Positions 37,539 to 47,522 of a stretch of 55,814 nucleotides of DNA are shown here, piece by piece (the stretch's first letter is position 1; each line of letters starts with the position of its first letter). The translations under genes and the position numbers were made by a program. Below the pieces are notes generated by a model. It saw nothing but the letters and a program-made list of their open reading frames with translations. It was not told the DNA's origin and searched no databases. The stretch is from the NCBI GenBank assembly GCA_005889345.1, contig VBFR01000185.1, positions 1 to 55,814 of the forward strand. Direction: 5' to 3'. Origin of the DNA: Chloroflexota bacterium. GTDB lineage: Bacteria > Chloroflexota > Dormibacteria > CF-121.

Positions 37539-40436
37539 GTGAGGGAAGCGTCGACGGCGGTCGTGTCAGCAAAGGTGCTGATTCCCCAGGTGCATTCCCT
37601 TGCCCGCGAGCGCGTCGATGCCGTCCTCGCCCGAATCTGGCAGCATCGCGTCGGGCTCGTCGTCGCACCGGCGGGATCGGGCAAGAGCACGCTGCTGGCC
37701 GGCTTCGCCGCCTCGGCCAACGTGCCCGTCGCCTGGTACCGAGCCGAGAGCTGGGACGCGAAGACCACCACCCTGCTGAGCCATTTGCATTCCGCGTTCA
37801 CCGCGGCCCTGGGCTCCATCCCGGATGGCTGGGACTCCGTCGAGGCGGCGGCCCGAGCGCTCGAGTCCTGGTCGGGACGGCGCGCCGTGCTGATCATCGA
37901 TGACCTTCACACGCTCGAGGACAGCCCGGCCGAGCGCACGCTCGAACGCCTCATCGACTACGCCCCGCCAAGCATCGCCTTCTTGATCGGTTCGCGCGCG
38001 CTGCCCGGCTTCAATCTGTCGCGTCTGCGCGTCTCGGGATCGCTGCTCGAAATCGGCAGCGAGGACCTGCGCTTTCGTTCGTGGGAGGTCGAGCGCCTCT
38101 TCCGCGATTTCTATCGCGCTCCGTTGCCCCCCGAAGAGCTCGCTGAGCTCGCGCGCCGCACCGAGGGCTGGGCGGCCGGCCTGCAGCTGTTCCACCTCGC
38201 GACCCGCGGCAAGTCGCCCCAAGAGCGACGGCGCATTCTCACCGCCCTCGGCAGCCGGTCGCGGCTGACCCGCGAGTATCTGACCCGCAACGTCCTCGAC
38301 CAGCTGCCCGCCGAGCTGCGCTGGTTCCTGGTCCGGACCTGCGTCCTGACCCGGCTGACCGGGTCAATTTGTGACACATTCCTCGATCGCAGCAGCAGCC
38401 AGCAGGTGCTCGAGGAGCTCGAGCGTCGGCAGATCTTCACGACGGCGACCGACGATCGTGGCGGCTACCGCTATCACGAAGTGCTGCGCTCGCATCTCGA
38501 ACAAGTGCTCGTGGAAGAGCTCGGTGAGGTGCAGGCCCGGGCCGCCTACCGGAAGGCCGCGAGGCTGCTCGAGGCGAGCGGCGCCTTCCCCGATGCGGTG
38601 CAGGCGTATTCGCGCGGCGAAGACTGGGAGGCGGTGGACCGAATGCTCCATCACCAGGGGGGCGAGCTGCTCGAGGGACCGGACACCTGGATCGATGCGC
38701 TGCCGCCCGCGCTCCTCCGCCAGGATCCCTGGCTGATGCTCGGCAGCGCGCGGCGTCACCGGGCCGAGGGGCGCTGGCGTGAGGCGATCGACGCCTACCA
38801 CCGGGCCGAGCGCGTGTTCGGGTCGAGCGAGGCCGGGCTCATCTGCGCCGCCGAGCGCAAAGCGCTGGCCGGCTGGCTGGAGCCCGCCCCGATGCCGGGT
38901 AATGACTGGGCCGGTCTTTTGCGCAAGGCCGTGGCGCATGACCCGCTCGCCGCCAAGCAATTCGCTGGCCAGTTGCCCGAGGCGACCGGCAAGCTGAGCA
39001 TTGGGGTCATCTGCCTGTTGGCCGGACAAATGGATCAGGCGCGGCGCCACCTGAACGCGGCGGCCGACAGCCGCGACGCCACGGCGGCACTGGCGACGGC
39101 AGCCCGGCTCTGGGCCGGGGTCGCCGCGCTGCTCAGTGGTGACCTACAGGGGGTCTTCGACGTCGAGGAAGCGGCCGAGCGCGCCGAGGCGCTCGGGCTC
39201 GGCTGGGTGGCGCGGCTCGCGCGCGCCGCCCTGGTATTGAGTCAGCGGCCGGGGAGTGCGCGGGAGGCCGAGGGCCTGCGAGCCGCCAGCGATCGCGACG
39301 GCGATCGCTGGGGGAGTGCGCTGATCGGCTTGATGATCGGATGGGCGGCGATCTACGCCGGCGACAACGCGGTGGCGGCCCTCGAGCAGGCGACCGACAG
39401 CTTCCGGCAGTTGGGTGCTGGTGTCCTGGAGGCCTGGTCGCGCGCGCTGATCTCACTGGCCCTCGCCCGCATCGGTGCCCCCGAGGCGCGAGACGCGGCG
39501 CTGCAGGCGGAGAATCTCGCTCGCTATAGCGGCACGCCCGGCGCGCGCTACTTCCCCTACCTCGCCCTCGCCGAAATCGAGCCTGAGCGCGGGGCCGAGT
39601 ACCAGAGCCTCGCGGCCTCCGTGCAAGAGGAGTGCAGCCTCGCGCCCCTGGCCGCCCCCACGCCCGCGCCGGAGAACGTGATTCCCCTGGGTGTCGGTCG
39701 CTCGGTGCCGTCGCTGAGCATTCGGTGCTTCGGCGGCTTCAGCATCGCCATCAAGGGACGCCCGGTCGACCTGACCACCATCAAGCCGCGCGCGCGCGCG
39801 GTGCTGCGGCTGCTGGCCATCCACGCGGGCAATCCCGTGCACCGCGAGGTCCTGCAAACGGCGTTCTGGCCGGACGCCGATGCCGACACCGGCGCGCGCA
39901 ACCTTCATGTCGCTGTCTCCTCCCTGCGGTCGTGGCTCGAGCCGGGTGTCGGCCGGGGCGGGTCATCGCTCGTGCTGCGGGAGGGCGATGCGTATCGCCT
40001 CGCGATCCAGGCTGACGCCGAGGTTGATCTGGTGCAGTTTTCCAGGGCGCTCGCCGCCGCGAGGGTGGCGCGGCTACGCGGCGGGGTGGACGCGGTCATC
40101 ACGCACTTCCAGCAGGCGCTCGATCTTTATGCCGGCGAGCTGTTGCCCGAGGATGGGCCGGCCGAGTGGGCGATCGAACCGCGCGAACGGTTTCGCGCCG
40201 GCGCGCTCGAGGCCGCGCAGGGTCTCGCCGAATTGTTGCTCAAGCAGGGCGATCCCGCGGCGGCGGCCAACGCCTGCGCGACCGGGCTGTGGGTTGATCG
40301 GCTCCACGATCCGCTCTGGAAGCTCTTGATCCAGGCGCGCGAGCAGGCGGGCGATCCCGGCGCCGCCAGCCGAGCACGCCGCGATTACGCGCGCGTGCTC
40401 GAAGAGCTCGGCCTTACCGCCAGCTCGCGCGCTTAG
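37539..40436 (+). CDS. MalT-like STAND ATPase transcriptional regulator with C-terminal wHTH-BTAD (SARP) domain
   Basis: APAGSGKST, LIIDDLH, TEGWAAGL, YRYHEVLR; C-terminal IRCFGGFSI...FWPDAD...RNLHVAVSSLR...ALDLYAGELL. Confidence 0.9.
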   Translation: MREASTAVVSAKVLIPQVHSLARERVDAVLARIWQHRVGLVVAPAGSGKSTLLAGFAASANVPVAWYRAESWDAKTTTLLSHLHSAFTAALGSIPDGWDSVEAAARALESWSGRRAVLIIDDLHTLEDSPAERTLERLIDYAPPSIAFLIGSRALPGFNLSRLRVSGSLLEIGSEDLRFRSWEVERLFRDFYRAPLPPEELAELARRTEGWAAGLQLFHLATRGKSPQERRRILTALGSRSRLTREYLTRNVLDQLPAELRWFLVRTCVLTRLTGSICDTFLDRSSSQQVLEELERRQIFTTATDDRGGYRYHEVLRSHLEQVLVEELGEVQARAAYRKAARLLEASGAFPDAVQAYSRGEDWEAVDRMLHHQGGELLEGPDTWIDALPPALLRQDPWLMLGSARRHRAEGRWREAIDAYHRAERVFGSSEAGLICAAERKALAGWLEPAPMPGNDWAGLLRKAVAHDPLAAKQFAGQLPEATGKLSIGVICLLAGQMDQARRHLNAAADSRDATAALATAARLWAGVAALLSGDLQGVFDVEEAAERAEALGLGWVARLARAALVLSQRPGSAREAEGLRAASDRDGDRWGSALIGLMIGWAAIYAGDNAVAALEQATDSFRQLGAGVLEAWSRALISLALARIGAPEARDAALQAENLARYSGTPGARYFPYLALAEIEPERGAEYQSLAASVQEECSLAPLAAPTPAPENVIPLGVGRSVPSLSIRCFGGFSIAIKGRPVDLTTIKPRARAVLRLLAIHAGNPVHREVLQTAFWPDADADTGARNLHVAVSSLRSWLEPGVGRGGSSLVLREGDAYRLAIQADAEVDLVQFSRALAAARVARLRGGVDAVITHFQQALDLYAGELLPEDGPAEWAIEPRERFRAGALEAAQGLAELLLKQGDPAAAANACATGLWVDRLHDPLWKLLIQAREQAGDPGAASRARRDYARVLEELGLTASSRA

Positions 40437-41770
40437 TCCCGGACGCGAAACTCGACTTCGGCGAGTGCCACCGATGATGGCGATGCGCCGGCTGGCGCGT
40501 ATACCGACATGATGTGGATCTCGACGAAGGTCACCTGCTTGGCGTCGATCGCATAGAACTGCGCGTTCTTCGCGACCTTGGGATCCTCATCCTTCAGCGT
40601 CAGGTCGGTGGTGGTGCCGTTGGAGAAGACCAGGTGGACGTTGTGGGGCCGCGGCTGCGTGAGGAAATCGTCGGCTGCGGCGGTACCCGCGGCTCCCGCG
40701 TCGAAGCCGATCTGTGCCAGGTCGACCGGATCGTGAAAGGTCACCTTCAGGTACGGTCCGTGGTCGCTGGCCGCCGCCGCCCAGTAGGTATTGATGAACT
40801 TGTCGATCGCGAGGTTCGGGAGATGCCCGGCCGTCGAGGTGCTGGCCGAGGCGCCGGTCGCGTAGACGGCATCGTAATGCGGAAAGATCGCCTTGCGAAC
40901 CGTCGTGACGGCGCTCGTCACGCGATTGACGACCAGGTTGTGGAACGAGGGGACCAGGAGGAAGGCCAGCAGCCCGACGACGATGAGGGCGCCGAGCGCG
41001 AGGCGGACGATCCGCCAGACCATGCCCATGACGTTGGGCGGGCCCACCCGACGCGGCCGCCATCCGGCCTCGCGGGTGCGAACGCCGAAGAGCCTGCTGA
41101 AGAAGCGGCGGTACCACGGCAACCGGACCGCGATCGCCTCATCCAACGAGTTGCCGCAGCGTCGGCAGAAGTGCCGGACCGGATCGTTGCCCTCGCCGCA
41201 CTGGCCGCAGATGAGGTCGCCGGGATGCCGGCGGGTCGGCGGCTCCAGGGTGCGCGGCGCTTGACGTGGACGGGTCACCGACGGCGCCACGGACGTTGGA
41301 CGGCGTGAGATCGGCTCGTCCGCCTGGACGAGCGAAATGGGGGGCGGGTTCCCGGGAGAGACGGGGGCGGCAGGAGCCGCAACGCCGGCGAGGACGGGCG
41401 CCGGTGCGGGGGCGGCAGCAGGGGCCGGCGCGGCGGGTGCGGCAGAGGTCACCGGAACCGTCCACACGACCCGCGGTTCAGGGGCCGGGGCTCCCGCTGT
41501 GACGGGCGCTGGCGCGGCAACCGGGGCGGGCGCCGCATCGGCGTAGGCCGGCGGTGCCGTCTGTTGCGCCTCCTCGATCCCTACCGCGTGCTTGACCCTG
41601 TCGATCAGGCCGACATGGGCCGGCTCCGGTACCGGCTCGGGGGCGGGCGGTTCGGGCTCCGGCTGGGCGACCACGACGCGTTCCCCGGTCCATTCCAGGA
41701 ACTTCCCGCACGACCCGCAGAACGTGTCGCTGTCTTCGTTATGGTGCCCGCACTGCTTGCAGACGATCAC
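40433..41770 (-). CDS. CIS-associated double zinc-ribbon, single-TM protein with C-terminal beta-sandwich (discoidin/galactose-binding-like) domain
   Basis: CKQC..CGSC and CGQC..CRRC, Pro/Ala linker, TM IVRLALGALIVVGLLAFLLV, LAIDKFINTYW...VALAEVEF. Confidence 0.8.
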   Translation of the reverse strand: MIVCKQCGHHNEDSDTFCGSCGKFLEWTGERVVVAQPEPEPPAPEPVPEPAHVGLIDRVKHAVGIEEAQQTAPPAYADAAPAPVAAPAPVTAGAPAPEPRVVWTVPVTSAAPAAPAPAAAPAPAPVLAGVAAPAAPVSPGNPPPISLVQADEPISRRPTSVAPSVTRPRQAPRTLEPPTRRHPGDLICGQCGEGNDPVRHFCRRCGNSLDEAIAVRLPWYRRFFSRLFGVRTREAGWRPRRVGPPNVMGMVWRIVRLALGALIVVGLLAFLLVPSFHNLVVNRVTSAVTTVRKAIFPHYDAVYATGASASTSTAGHLPNLAIDKFINTYWAAAASDHGPYLKVTFHDPVDLAQIGFDAGAAGTAAADDFLTQPRPHNVHLVFSNGTTTDLTLKDEDPKVAKNAQFYAIDAKQVTFVEIHIMSVYAPAGASPSSVALAEVEFRVRD

Positions 41771-42372
41771 GCGCTAGTCACCTCCACAGCATCCGGTACT
41801 TTCGATCGTTTGACAAGCTGGACTTTGTGCGTCACGTGCGCCGGCTTCGCCGCCGCGACCAGCGCGTCGAGCCTCGTGGCGTTGATCGCGGCCGGATCGT
41901 CGACGGCGACCCGAACCATGAGGGCAAAATTCGGCGACCCGGGGAGCGCCTCGCCCGCGGTCGTCGAGGTTGCAATCCCACCGGTATCGATGATCTCGAC
42001 GGTGCCGCCGGTGAGGGTCTCGATCTGCGCCTTGAGTCCCTTGACGGTTCCGCGCATTCGATAAAACTCGAAAGCAGCCGCCAGCACCGCGCGACGGCGC
42101 TCGACCGACCACGAGTCGTCGAGGGCGAGCCCGAACCAGCTCCCCAGCCATTCCAGGAAGTCGGGCGGGGTCAGCCAGGGATCGAAGTAGGTGGGCAGGT
42201 TATCCATCGTGGCAAAGATCGGCGCCAGTGCCGCATCGAAGGCGGACATGAAGCGCTGGGTGAAGCCGTCTTCCTGGAAGAGGGCCGGCAGCGACTCGCC
42301 CAGCGGGTGCGGGCTGATCAGCGTCCGCACCAGGCCGCGCCGATGGTTGAGCGTCGGAGCCTCCGCGATCAT
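41767..42372 (-). CDS. CIS baseplate/phage tail protein (P2 gpI-like)
   Basis: LPALFQED.F..RF..AFD, YFDPWLTPPDFLEWLGSW, RGTVKGL, KPAH. Confidence 0.88.
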   Translation of the reverse strand: MIAEAPTLNHRRGLVRTLISPHPLGESLPALFQEDGFTQRFMSAFDAALAPIFATMDNLPTYFDPWLTPPDFLEWLGSWFGLALDDSWSVERRRAVLAAAFEFYRMRGTVKGLKAQIETLTGGTVEIIDTGGIATSTTAGEALPGSPNFALMVRVAVDDPAAINATRLDALVAAAKPAHVTHKVQLVKRSKVPDAVEVTSA

Positions 42373-44258
42373 GCGCCCTCCACCAGCACCTGGTGCTCGT
42401 ACGAGTAGACGAGGGCGTGTGGCTCGATGACGAGCCGCTGGACCGCCTGGCCCCGCTGGCCCGTCACCGGATCGGCCCCGAACAACCGGGCGTCCTCGAC
42501 GAGCTCGGTGCCGCGCAGGCCCTGCAGGACGGAGTAGACCTCGCCGACGTGGACCGGCCGGCCGAAGGGCCAGCCATTGCGGTCCGGTCCGCCGGTGACC
42601 GGATGAAAGTAGTGGAAGAGCGCGTCGAGCGCTTCCGCCTGCAACCGTGACGGGTTCGCACTCGCGCGCGGCCGCAGCTTGGCGACCACCGTCACGCCGC
42701 GGTAGACCGGCGGCTCGACGAGGACTCGCGTGCCGATCACGCGGGAGTCCTCGAGGCGGTGGGCGATGCGCTGCAGCGTCTCTTCGGCGGGCACGAGCTG
42801 CTCGAAGCGCAGCCGGCCGTCGGTGCTCCCCGCCGCCGGCACCACCAGAATGCGCACGCCACCGGCGTCTGCGCCGTCGCCCGCGGTGACACATCGGACG
42901 CGCGCCACTTCCGGCGCCGCCTCGCGCGCCAGGTGCTCGTAGTCTTCCATCGTCACGGCTCGATCGCGGGTGCGCAGCACGATGGGGCCGCGCACTTTGG
43001 CCCCCTCGATGTCTTCGCCGTCGACGCCGCCCTCCGCGGCCCGGCGATTTTGCACCCTGGACACGTACGGGATCGATGACTTGAGGACGGTGACGGTGTT
43101 GCGCGCGACGTTCCCTTTCTGGCCGCCCCCGATGAGGTAGGAGCGCAGGCGGAGGCGCGAACCCTTGGATGGCACCGCGCCGTAGTTCCGGAAGGCGCCG
43201 TCGGGCTCGCGGACGCCTGGGCCGAGCTGCACCTCGCCGCTGACAGCGTCGAGCACAAAGTGGCGATCCTCCGCGGTGCTGTCGACGAAATGCTGCGCCT
43301 GCTTCCACTCCTGCCAGCCATCGATGCCGCTCACCTCGAGGACGTTCGCGGCGCCCCCGGGGACGACCGGCCGGTGCTTGAGGGCGAATCGTTGGCCCGG
43401 GACTCCTTCCGACGCCCCAAGGAGTTCGTTCTCCACCAGCTCGGCGTTGACCGCCTCGGCCGTGCCGCCGATGGTGAACGCCGTGAGGCCTTTGATGATG
43501 GGCGAAGCACTGTAAGTCGGTTGATCGGGTTCCGGCTTCAGGACGCGCGCCCGCAGCCACCCGGCGCGTTGCTGCTGGATGACGGATACCGCGTGGCTCT
43601 TCGGGACGTGCAGCACGACGTCGCCATCCCGGTTGAGGCCGCCGGTGCCATCCCGATCGACTTCGCATGGTGACCAGGCGTAGCCATCCCAGGTTTCCCA
43701 GACCACGGCGCACGATGGTACGGCCTCCGAGAGGCCGACCAGGAGCACGTCATCCGGCTTTGGCACCTTGTCGAAGCAGAAGAACGACGTGCGGGCCTCG
43801 AGGGCCTCGGTGTGGTCGCTGACCTCTTTCTCGCCGGCTAGCGACGAGGCGAGACGCGAGAGGGTGCAGGGGACGATCGGCAGGTCACCGATCGTGGTGA
43901 AGACGATCGCCTCGTCGGTCTCGGTGCGAACCGTGGCGGCCTGCGTTCCGGGACGGATATGGATGGTCCCTGGTTGCGGGCCGGCCAGCCAGAAGGTGAT
44001 CGCCGCGCGCGCCGCGGTCGGCGGAAAGAGCCGCACGCCGATCAGTTCGAGAAATTTGATGTAGTTGCGCTCGGGGACACGATTCAGCCGGTACAGCACC
44101 TGGTCGGTCATCCAGGCGAAGGTCTCGATCAGCGTGACACCGGGGTCCGACACGTTGTGGTCGGTCCACTCCGGGCAGCGCTGCTGCACGAGGCGCTTGG
44201 CATCGTCGACGAGGTCCTGGAATCGCCGATCGTCGAGGTTCGGGACCGGAAGTGCCAT
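42369..44258 (-). CDS. CIS baseplate assembly protein (baseplate J/Afp11-like)
   Basis: LPVPNLDDRRFQDLVD, PEWTDHNVSDPGVTLIE, RAVTMEDYE, GWPFGR. Confidence 0.93.
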   Translation of the reverse strand: MALPVPNLDDRRFQDLVDDAKRLVQQRCPEWTDHNVSDPGVTLIETFAWMTDQVLYRLNRVPERNYIKFLELIGVRLFPPTAARAAITFWLAGPQPGTIHIRPGTQAATVRTETDEAIVFTTIGDLPIVPCTLSRLASSLAGEKEVSDHTEALEARTSFFCFDKVPKPDDVLLVGLSEAVPSCAVVWETWDGYAWSPCEVDRDGTGGLNRDGDVVLHVPKSHAVSVIQQQRAGWLRARVLKPEPDQPTYSASPIIKGLTAFTIGGTAEAVNAELVENELLGASEGVPGQRFALKHRPVVPGGAANVLEVSGIDGWQEWKQAQHFVDSTAEDRHFVLDAVSGEVQLGPGVREPDGAFRNYGAVPSKGSRLRLRSYLIGGGQKGNVARNTVTVLKSSIPYVSRVQNRRAAEGGVDGEDIEGAKVRGPIVLRTRDRAVTMEDYEHLAREAAPEVARVRCVTAGDGADAGGVRILVVPAAGSTDGRLRFEQLVPAEETLQRIAHRLEDSRVIGTRVLVEPPVYRGVTVVAKLRPRASANPSRLQAEALDALFHYFHPVTGGPDRNGWPFGRPVHVGEVYSVLQGLRGTELVEDARLFGADPVTGQRGQAVQRLVIEPHALVYSYEHQVLVEGA

Positions 44259-44290
44259 CGCTCAGCCTCCTCCTGCAGATTTGTTGTTCG

Positions 44291-44692
44291 TCATGCCGTC
44301 TCCGCCGGGATCACGTAAAAGGGGAATACGAGGTTGCGGGGATCGTTGGTCTCGCCGAGCGCGTAGCGGATGTCGATGTAGATGATGCTCGAGTCCTCGG
44401 TGTCGAAACTCACCAGGACGTCGCGAACCTCGATGCGAGGCTCCCAGCGACGAAGCGCGGCCCGGACGGCCGCGGCCACGCGGGCGGCGGTCTCCGTGTC
44501 GGCGCTGTCGAAGACGTAGTCATGAATGGCGCAGCCGAACTCGGGCCGCATCGGCCGCTCGCCGATGGCGGTGCCCAGGATCAGGCGGATGCTCTCCTCG
44601 ATTTCCTGCTCGCGTGACACCAGTGCGATCCGTCCGGTCGGGTCGGTCCGCAGGGGAAACGCCCAGCCGGAGCCGATGAATTCTTCGCTCAT
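44291..44692 (-). CDS. gp25/GPW-like baseplate protein (Afp9-like)
   Basis: GSGWAFP, IRLILGT..GERPMRPEFGC, RWEPRI, NLVFPFY. Confidence 0.93.
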   Translation of the reverse strand: MSEEFIGSGWAFPLRTDPTGRIALVSREQEIEESIRLILGTAIGERPMRPEFGCAIHDYVFDSADTETAARVAAAVRAALRRWEPRIEVRDVLVSFDTEDSSIIYIDIRYALGETNDPRNLVFPFYVIPAETA

Positions 44693-45021
44693 TGCGCGAT
44701 TACCTTCGTCTGGCCCGCCGACCCGATCATCATGGGCGTGCCGGTCGGCACGCAGGTCCCGGCCACCGGAGGCAAGGCGAGCAACACCGGCATCCCACCA
44801 ACGAGGACCTTCGTGCTGCCGGACGGGATGATGCCGCTGACGCACGGACCATTCGCAACCGGCGGTGGGGGAAAGGCGCAGCCGGCCACCACGTAAGACG
44901 CGGGGATGGTCACCACCGGCTGACTGCCGACCATCACCTTCGGACTGACGGTCGTGCACTGTCCCTGCCCGCCGTGCATGCAGGTCACCGTGCCGCCCAT
45001 GTTGACGATTGGTCCGGGCAT
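44689..45021 (-). CDS. PAAR-like spike tip protein
   Basis: TCMHGG, AGCAF...GPC, ..C...GQTKV metal-ligand pattern; located between VgrG and gp25. Confidence 0.8.
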   Translation of the reverse strand: MPGPIVNMGGTVTCMHGGQGQCTTVSPKVMVGSQPVVTIPASYVVAGCAFPPPPVANGPCVSGIIPSGSTKVLVGGMPVLLALPPVAGTCVPTGTPMMIGSAGQTKVIAQ

Positions 45022-46820
45022 CACATCACCTGCAGGGCGCCGCTGTTGACGTCAACCATTGCCCCGGTAATCTTGAGTTGTCCGCTGGCCTTGACCTCGA
45101 CCTGCGATCCACCTTCGAGCGAGGCTCCGGAGGACCCCTTCATCTTGAGGTCGGTCCCGGCCTCGAGCTTGAGCCCTTGCCCTGCCTTGAGGTTGATATT
45201 GGCCTGGGACTCGAGCGTCATGTCCTGCTGGCTCTCGACGTGAACTTTTCCTTGCGAGGAGATGTGAATCTCGGAGTTGGTCTCGTTGAGCGAGATCTTC
45301 AACTTGCCGTCGCTGCTGATGAAGGCCAGCCCGGCTTTGCTGGCGTCGTCGAAGAAGATGAATTGGTGGCCCTTGCGCGAGATGAAGCCGCGTCGCTTGA
45401 CCTTGCCGTTGTCGAAGAGTCCGTTGCCGAGTTTGGGTTTGTCCTGCCCGTTATGGAGGCTGCCGACGACGTAGGGCCGCCGGATGTCGCCGAACTCGAA
45501 GGCCACCAGGACTTCGTCGTTTACCTCGGGGATGAAATGCGCGCCGCTGTCCGGCCCGGCGCCCAGCTGGGTGATGCGAGCCCAATCCGACTCGTAGTCG
45601 TCGTCAAGCCAGGGAAACTTGAGCTTGACGCGCGCCGCGTTGTTGGGGTCGTTGTTGTCGGTGACGAGCGCCACCACCACGCCGTTGATGGGCGCGCCGC
45701 CGGCGGACGCGTGGCCGTTTGATGAGCCCAACGACGCGAGGCCAAGCAGCGACCGGTCCTGCCGGCCGCTGATCACGAACTGCGTGCGATAGCCCTGCTC
45801 GCCGAACACGTGGCGGGCGCTGGTGAGGGTGTACTTGCCCGAGAACGTATCGCCCACGACGCCCACGCTGACAGTCGTCCCGGCCTTGAGCTTGGGGTTA
45901 CCGTTCGCAAGGCCGTCGGCCTCGGCAAAGGCGCTGGAGATCAACTCGGCGATCGACCCCGCCGCCCCGTCGACCTGGGCCTGCTGGGTGAGCGGCCGGT
46001 TGACGGCGGTAAAGGTCGGACCGCCAAATTTGTTCGCCAGGCTCGAGGGGGTGTCCTGCAGCGAATCGGTCGCTACGGTGGCCGCGTTGGCCGAGCCGAT
46101 CACCGCCTGCTTCTGGACGGGGTCCCAGCCGCGCACCTTGACGTCGTTGACTTGCTCGGCCGACGTGACCCGCGGTCGGAACTCGATCAGGTCATCGCCG
46201 AAGACGAGTTGCAGGGGATCGCTGTGGTTCTGATAGGTCCCGTGCTGGGGCGCGCCCGATGCCTGGATCGGCTGGCGGAAGTTGAACTTTCCATTTTCCA
46301 TCGCGAGCTCAAAGCCGATCTCTCGCGCCCGCGACTTCAAGAAGTCCCAGTCGGACTGATTCGCCTGCGAGACATGATCGAAGGTTCCCGAGGTCGAATC
46401 GATCTGTCCGACACTGAGACCGGCGCGGTTGGCGACCTTTCGCGCGATGTCGGAATCGGTCACGTTCTTGTAGGTCTCGGTCCGGCGTCCGCGGTGCAGT
46501 CGGTGCGACATGTCGTAGCCACGCAGCACGGTGCGAAGGCGGGTCGCGCCATATTCCGCCTCGAAGCCGGTCACCTCACCCTTGATCAGGGTTTCCGGCG
46601 ATCCGCCCGGTGGGGTCACCTTGATGGTGACGGTGTCGCCGATCGTGGCGTTGAGCCTTCCCAGGACGTCGCGATCGGGATCGTGGAAGGTGATCGCAAA
46701 CATATCGGGAAGGTGCTGGTGATGATCGACGACAACCTGCTCCAACAGCCCCTCCATCTCATCGGATAGGGCCGATCCGTTGAGCTGGATATCCGGCCAG
46801 ACATGGAAGGACTGCGCCAC
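45021..46820 (-). CDS. VgrG-like spike protein (Afp8-like)
   Basis: QANQSDWDFL, ARVKLKFPWL, PEVNDEVLVAFEFGD...VVGSL, C-terminal beta-helix repeats; no effector extension. Confidence 0.94.
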   Translation of the reverse strand: MAQSFHVWPDIQLNGSALSDEMEGLLEQVVVDHHQHLPDMFAITFHDPDRDVLGRLNATIGDTVTIKVTPPGGSPETLIKGEVTGFEAEYGATRLRTVLRGYDMSHRLHRGRRTETYKNVTDSDIARKVANRAGLSVGQIDSTSGTFDHVSQANQSDWDFLKSRAREIGFELAMENGKFNFRQPIQASGAPQHGTYQNHSDPLQLVFGDDLIEFRPRVTSAEQVNDVKVRGWDPVQKQAVIGSANAATVATDSLQDTPSSLANKFGGPTFTAVNRPLTQQAQVDGAAGSIAELISSAFAEADGLANGNPKLKAGTTVSVGVVGDTFSGKYTLTSARHVFGEQGYRTQFVISGRQDRSLLGLASLGSSNGHASAGGAPINGVVVALVTDNNDPNNAARVKLKFPWLDDDYESDWARITQLGAGPDSGAHFIPEVNDEVLVAFEFGDIRRPYVVGSLHNGQDKPKLGNGLFDNGKVKRRGFISRKGHQFIFFDDASKAGLAFISSDGKLKISLNETNSEIHISSQGKVHVESQQDMTLESQANINLKAGQGLKLEAGTDLKMKGSSGASLEGGSQVEVKASGQLKITGAMVDVNSGALQVM

Positions 46821-46823
46821 CTG

Positions 46824-47507
46824 TCAGCTCTCCTTCTTCGTGCCGTCGGTGGCTTCGTCGCGGCTGGGGATCAGGATGCGGCTGCCGAGATCCAGGCGCA
46901 GCGGGTCATCGATGTCGTTGAAAATGGCTAGCCCGCGCCACAGCCCGGGGTTGCCGTACTCCTCGTTGGCGATCGACTGCAGCGTGTCACCTTCGGAGAT
47001 CAGGTGGGTTGCGCGCGCGTGGATCGACCCCGACGTCGGATTCTGGGCACCGGGCGGATCGGGCGACTCCTTCAGGCTGATGTCTGCGGTCGCTCGCAGC
47101 GGGTTGCCCGTGCGTCCGAACATCGTGTACTTCGCGTTCACCGAGGCCAGGTAGAACTTGCGCTCGGCGAGGTGGAGGTTGCTGCCCCAAACGAGTCGGA
47201 GCAGTGGGGGATGGGGGGTGTCCTGCCCGATCGATTTGCGGCTTGGCGTGCACCACTTGAAGAGTTTCTCGACATCTTTGGTCACGTCGCCGACGGCGGT
47301 TTCCCAGTCATCGAAGAAGATCTGCATGTTGACCGTCTGCGGACTGGTGCCGATGAACTCCGGCTTGGCACCGGCCTTGGTGCTCATGCTGCGTTTCGGC
47401 GCGTCCCATTGCGCGCTCTTCTGCACGGAGTACTCGCTCGGGTTGAATTTGAACTCGAGCTTTCCCGCGCCGTCGACTTCTTCGAGTTTCGCTTTGACCA
47501 TCTTCAT
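46824..47507 (-). CDS. CIS tube initiator with LysM-like C-terminus (Afp7-like)
   Basis: FKFNPSEY, PPLLRLVWG, GNPLRA, QNPTSG, GDTLQSIA..EYG..LWR.LA.FN. Confidence 0.92.
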   Translation of the reverse strand: MKMVKAKLEEVDGAGKLEFKFNPSEYSVQKSAQWDAPKRSMSTKAGAKPEFIGTSPQTVNMQIFFDDWETAVGDVTKDVEKLFKWCTPSRKSIGQDTPHPPLLRLVWGSNLHLAERKFYLASVNAKYTMFGRTGNPLRATADISLKESPDPPGAQNPTSGSIHARATHLISEGDTLQSIANEEYGNPGLWRGLAIFNDIDDPLRLDLGSRILIPSRDEATDGTKKES

Positions 47508-47522
47508 CGCTTGCCGTTGCTC

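Noticed and set aside
41767-43713. 648-aa ORF as a real long protein
   Set aside because: Upstream part is an Arg-rich alternate frame of the baseplate gene; only 41767..42372 looks coding
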